64,000 nt of DNA from Octopus vulgaris. Lineage: Eukaryota. Below, piece by piece: positions 63,704 to 64,000 of the stretch (within the stretch, counting starts at the first letter, position 1; every line of letters starts with the position of its first letter). Both the position numbers and the translations under genes were made by a program. The DNA lies in assembly GCA_951406725.2 (NCBI GenBank), contig OX597816.1, forward strand, positions 132,556,001-132,620,000. Direction: 5' to 3'. The notes beneath the pieces were generated by a model that ran no database searches, was not told the origin of the DNA, and saw only the letters and a list, made by a program, of their open reading frames with translations.

Positions 63704-64000
63704 TATGTACATATATATATATATGCAGTTATGTATATCTGCATGTTTGTGTCTCCTTATCTTGGTGTTGCATGTTAGTTGTAAATGAGTGTCACTGTCA
63801 TACAAGCAGTGTAATTCAATACTCTGGAAAATATGTCTGGCTATGGGGAAATGTCACCTTATTTAGAAGCAGGTGGTAGTTGGTGAAAGGAAGGGCTTGT
63901 GGCCATAGAAAATCAGCCTCAATAAATTCCATCTGACCCATGCATGGAAAAGTGGATGTTAGAATGATGATGATGATGATGGTGGTGGTGGTAGTGCCGG

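Overview
AT-rich, microsatellite- and SINE-dense animal DNA, most likely an octopus (inferred from the SINE families and the (TA)n/(CA)n density). The window is the middle of one large + strand gene, RALGAPB (Ral GTPase-activating protein beta subunit). I traced 12 core GT-AG exons between 28654 and 56974 that splice in frame, plus three frame-preserving candidate cassettes: a 21-nt microexon at 9032-9052, 93 nt at 50430-50522 and 72 nt at 58982-59053. The start and end of the gene lie outside the window. The introns hold decayed mariner/Tc1, hAT and piggyBac-type MITEs, a non-autonomous Helitron, R4-like, CR1-like and Penelope-like retroelement fragments, several tRNA-derived SINE families and a 32-33 bp minisatellite. 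The most unusual signal is that at least two long intronic foldbacks (21041-21293 and 15111-15416) are outward-facing inverted pairs of type I hammerhead-ribozyme motifs. One has an intact core on the pre-mRNA sense strand, directly preceded by its own antisense copy. More degenerate hammerhead-like motifs are scattered through the window. All homology calls rest on motif recognition from memory; no searches were run.
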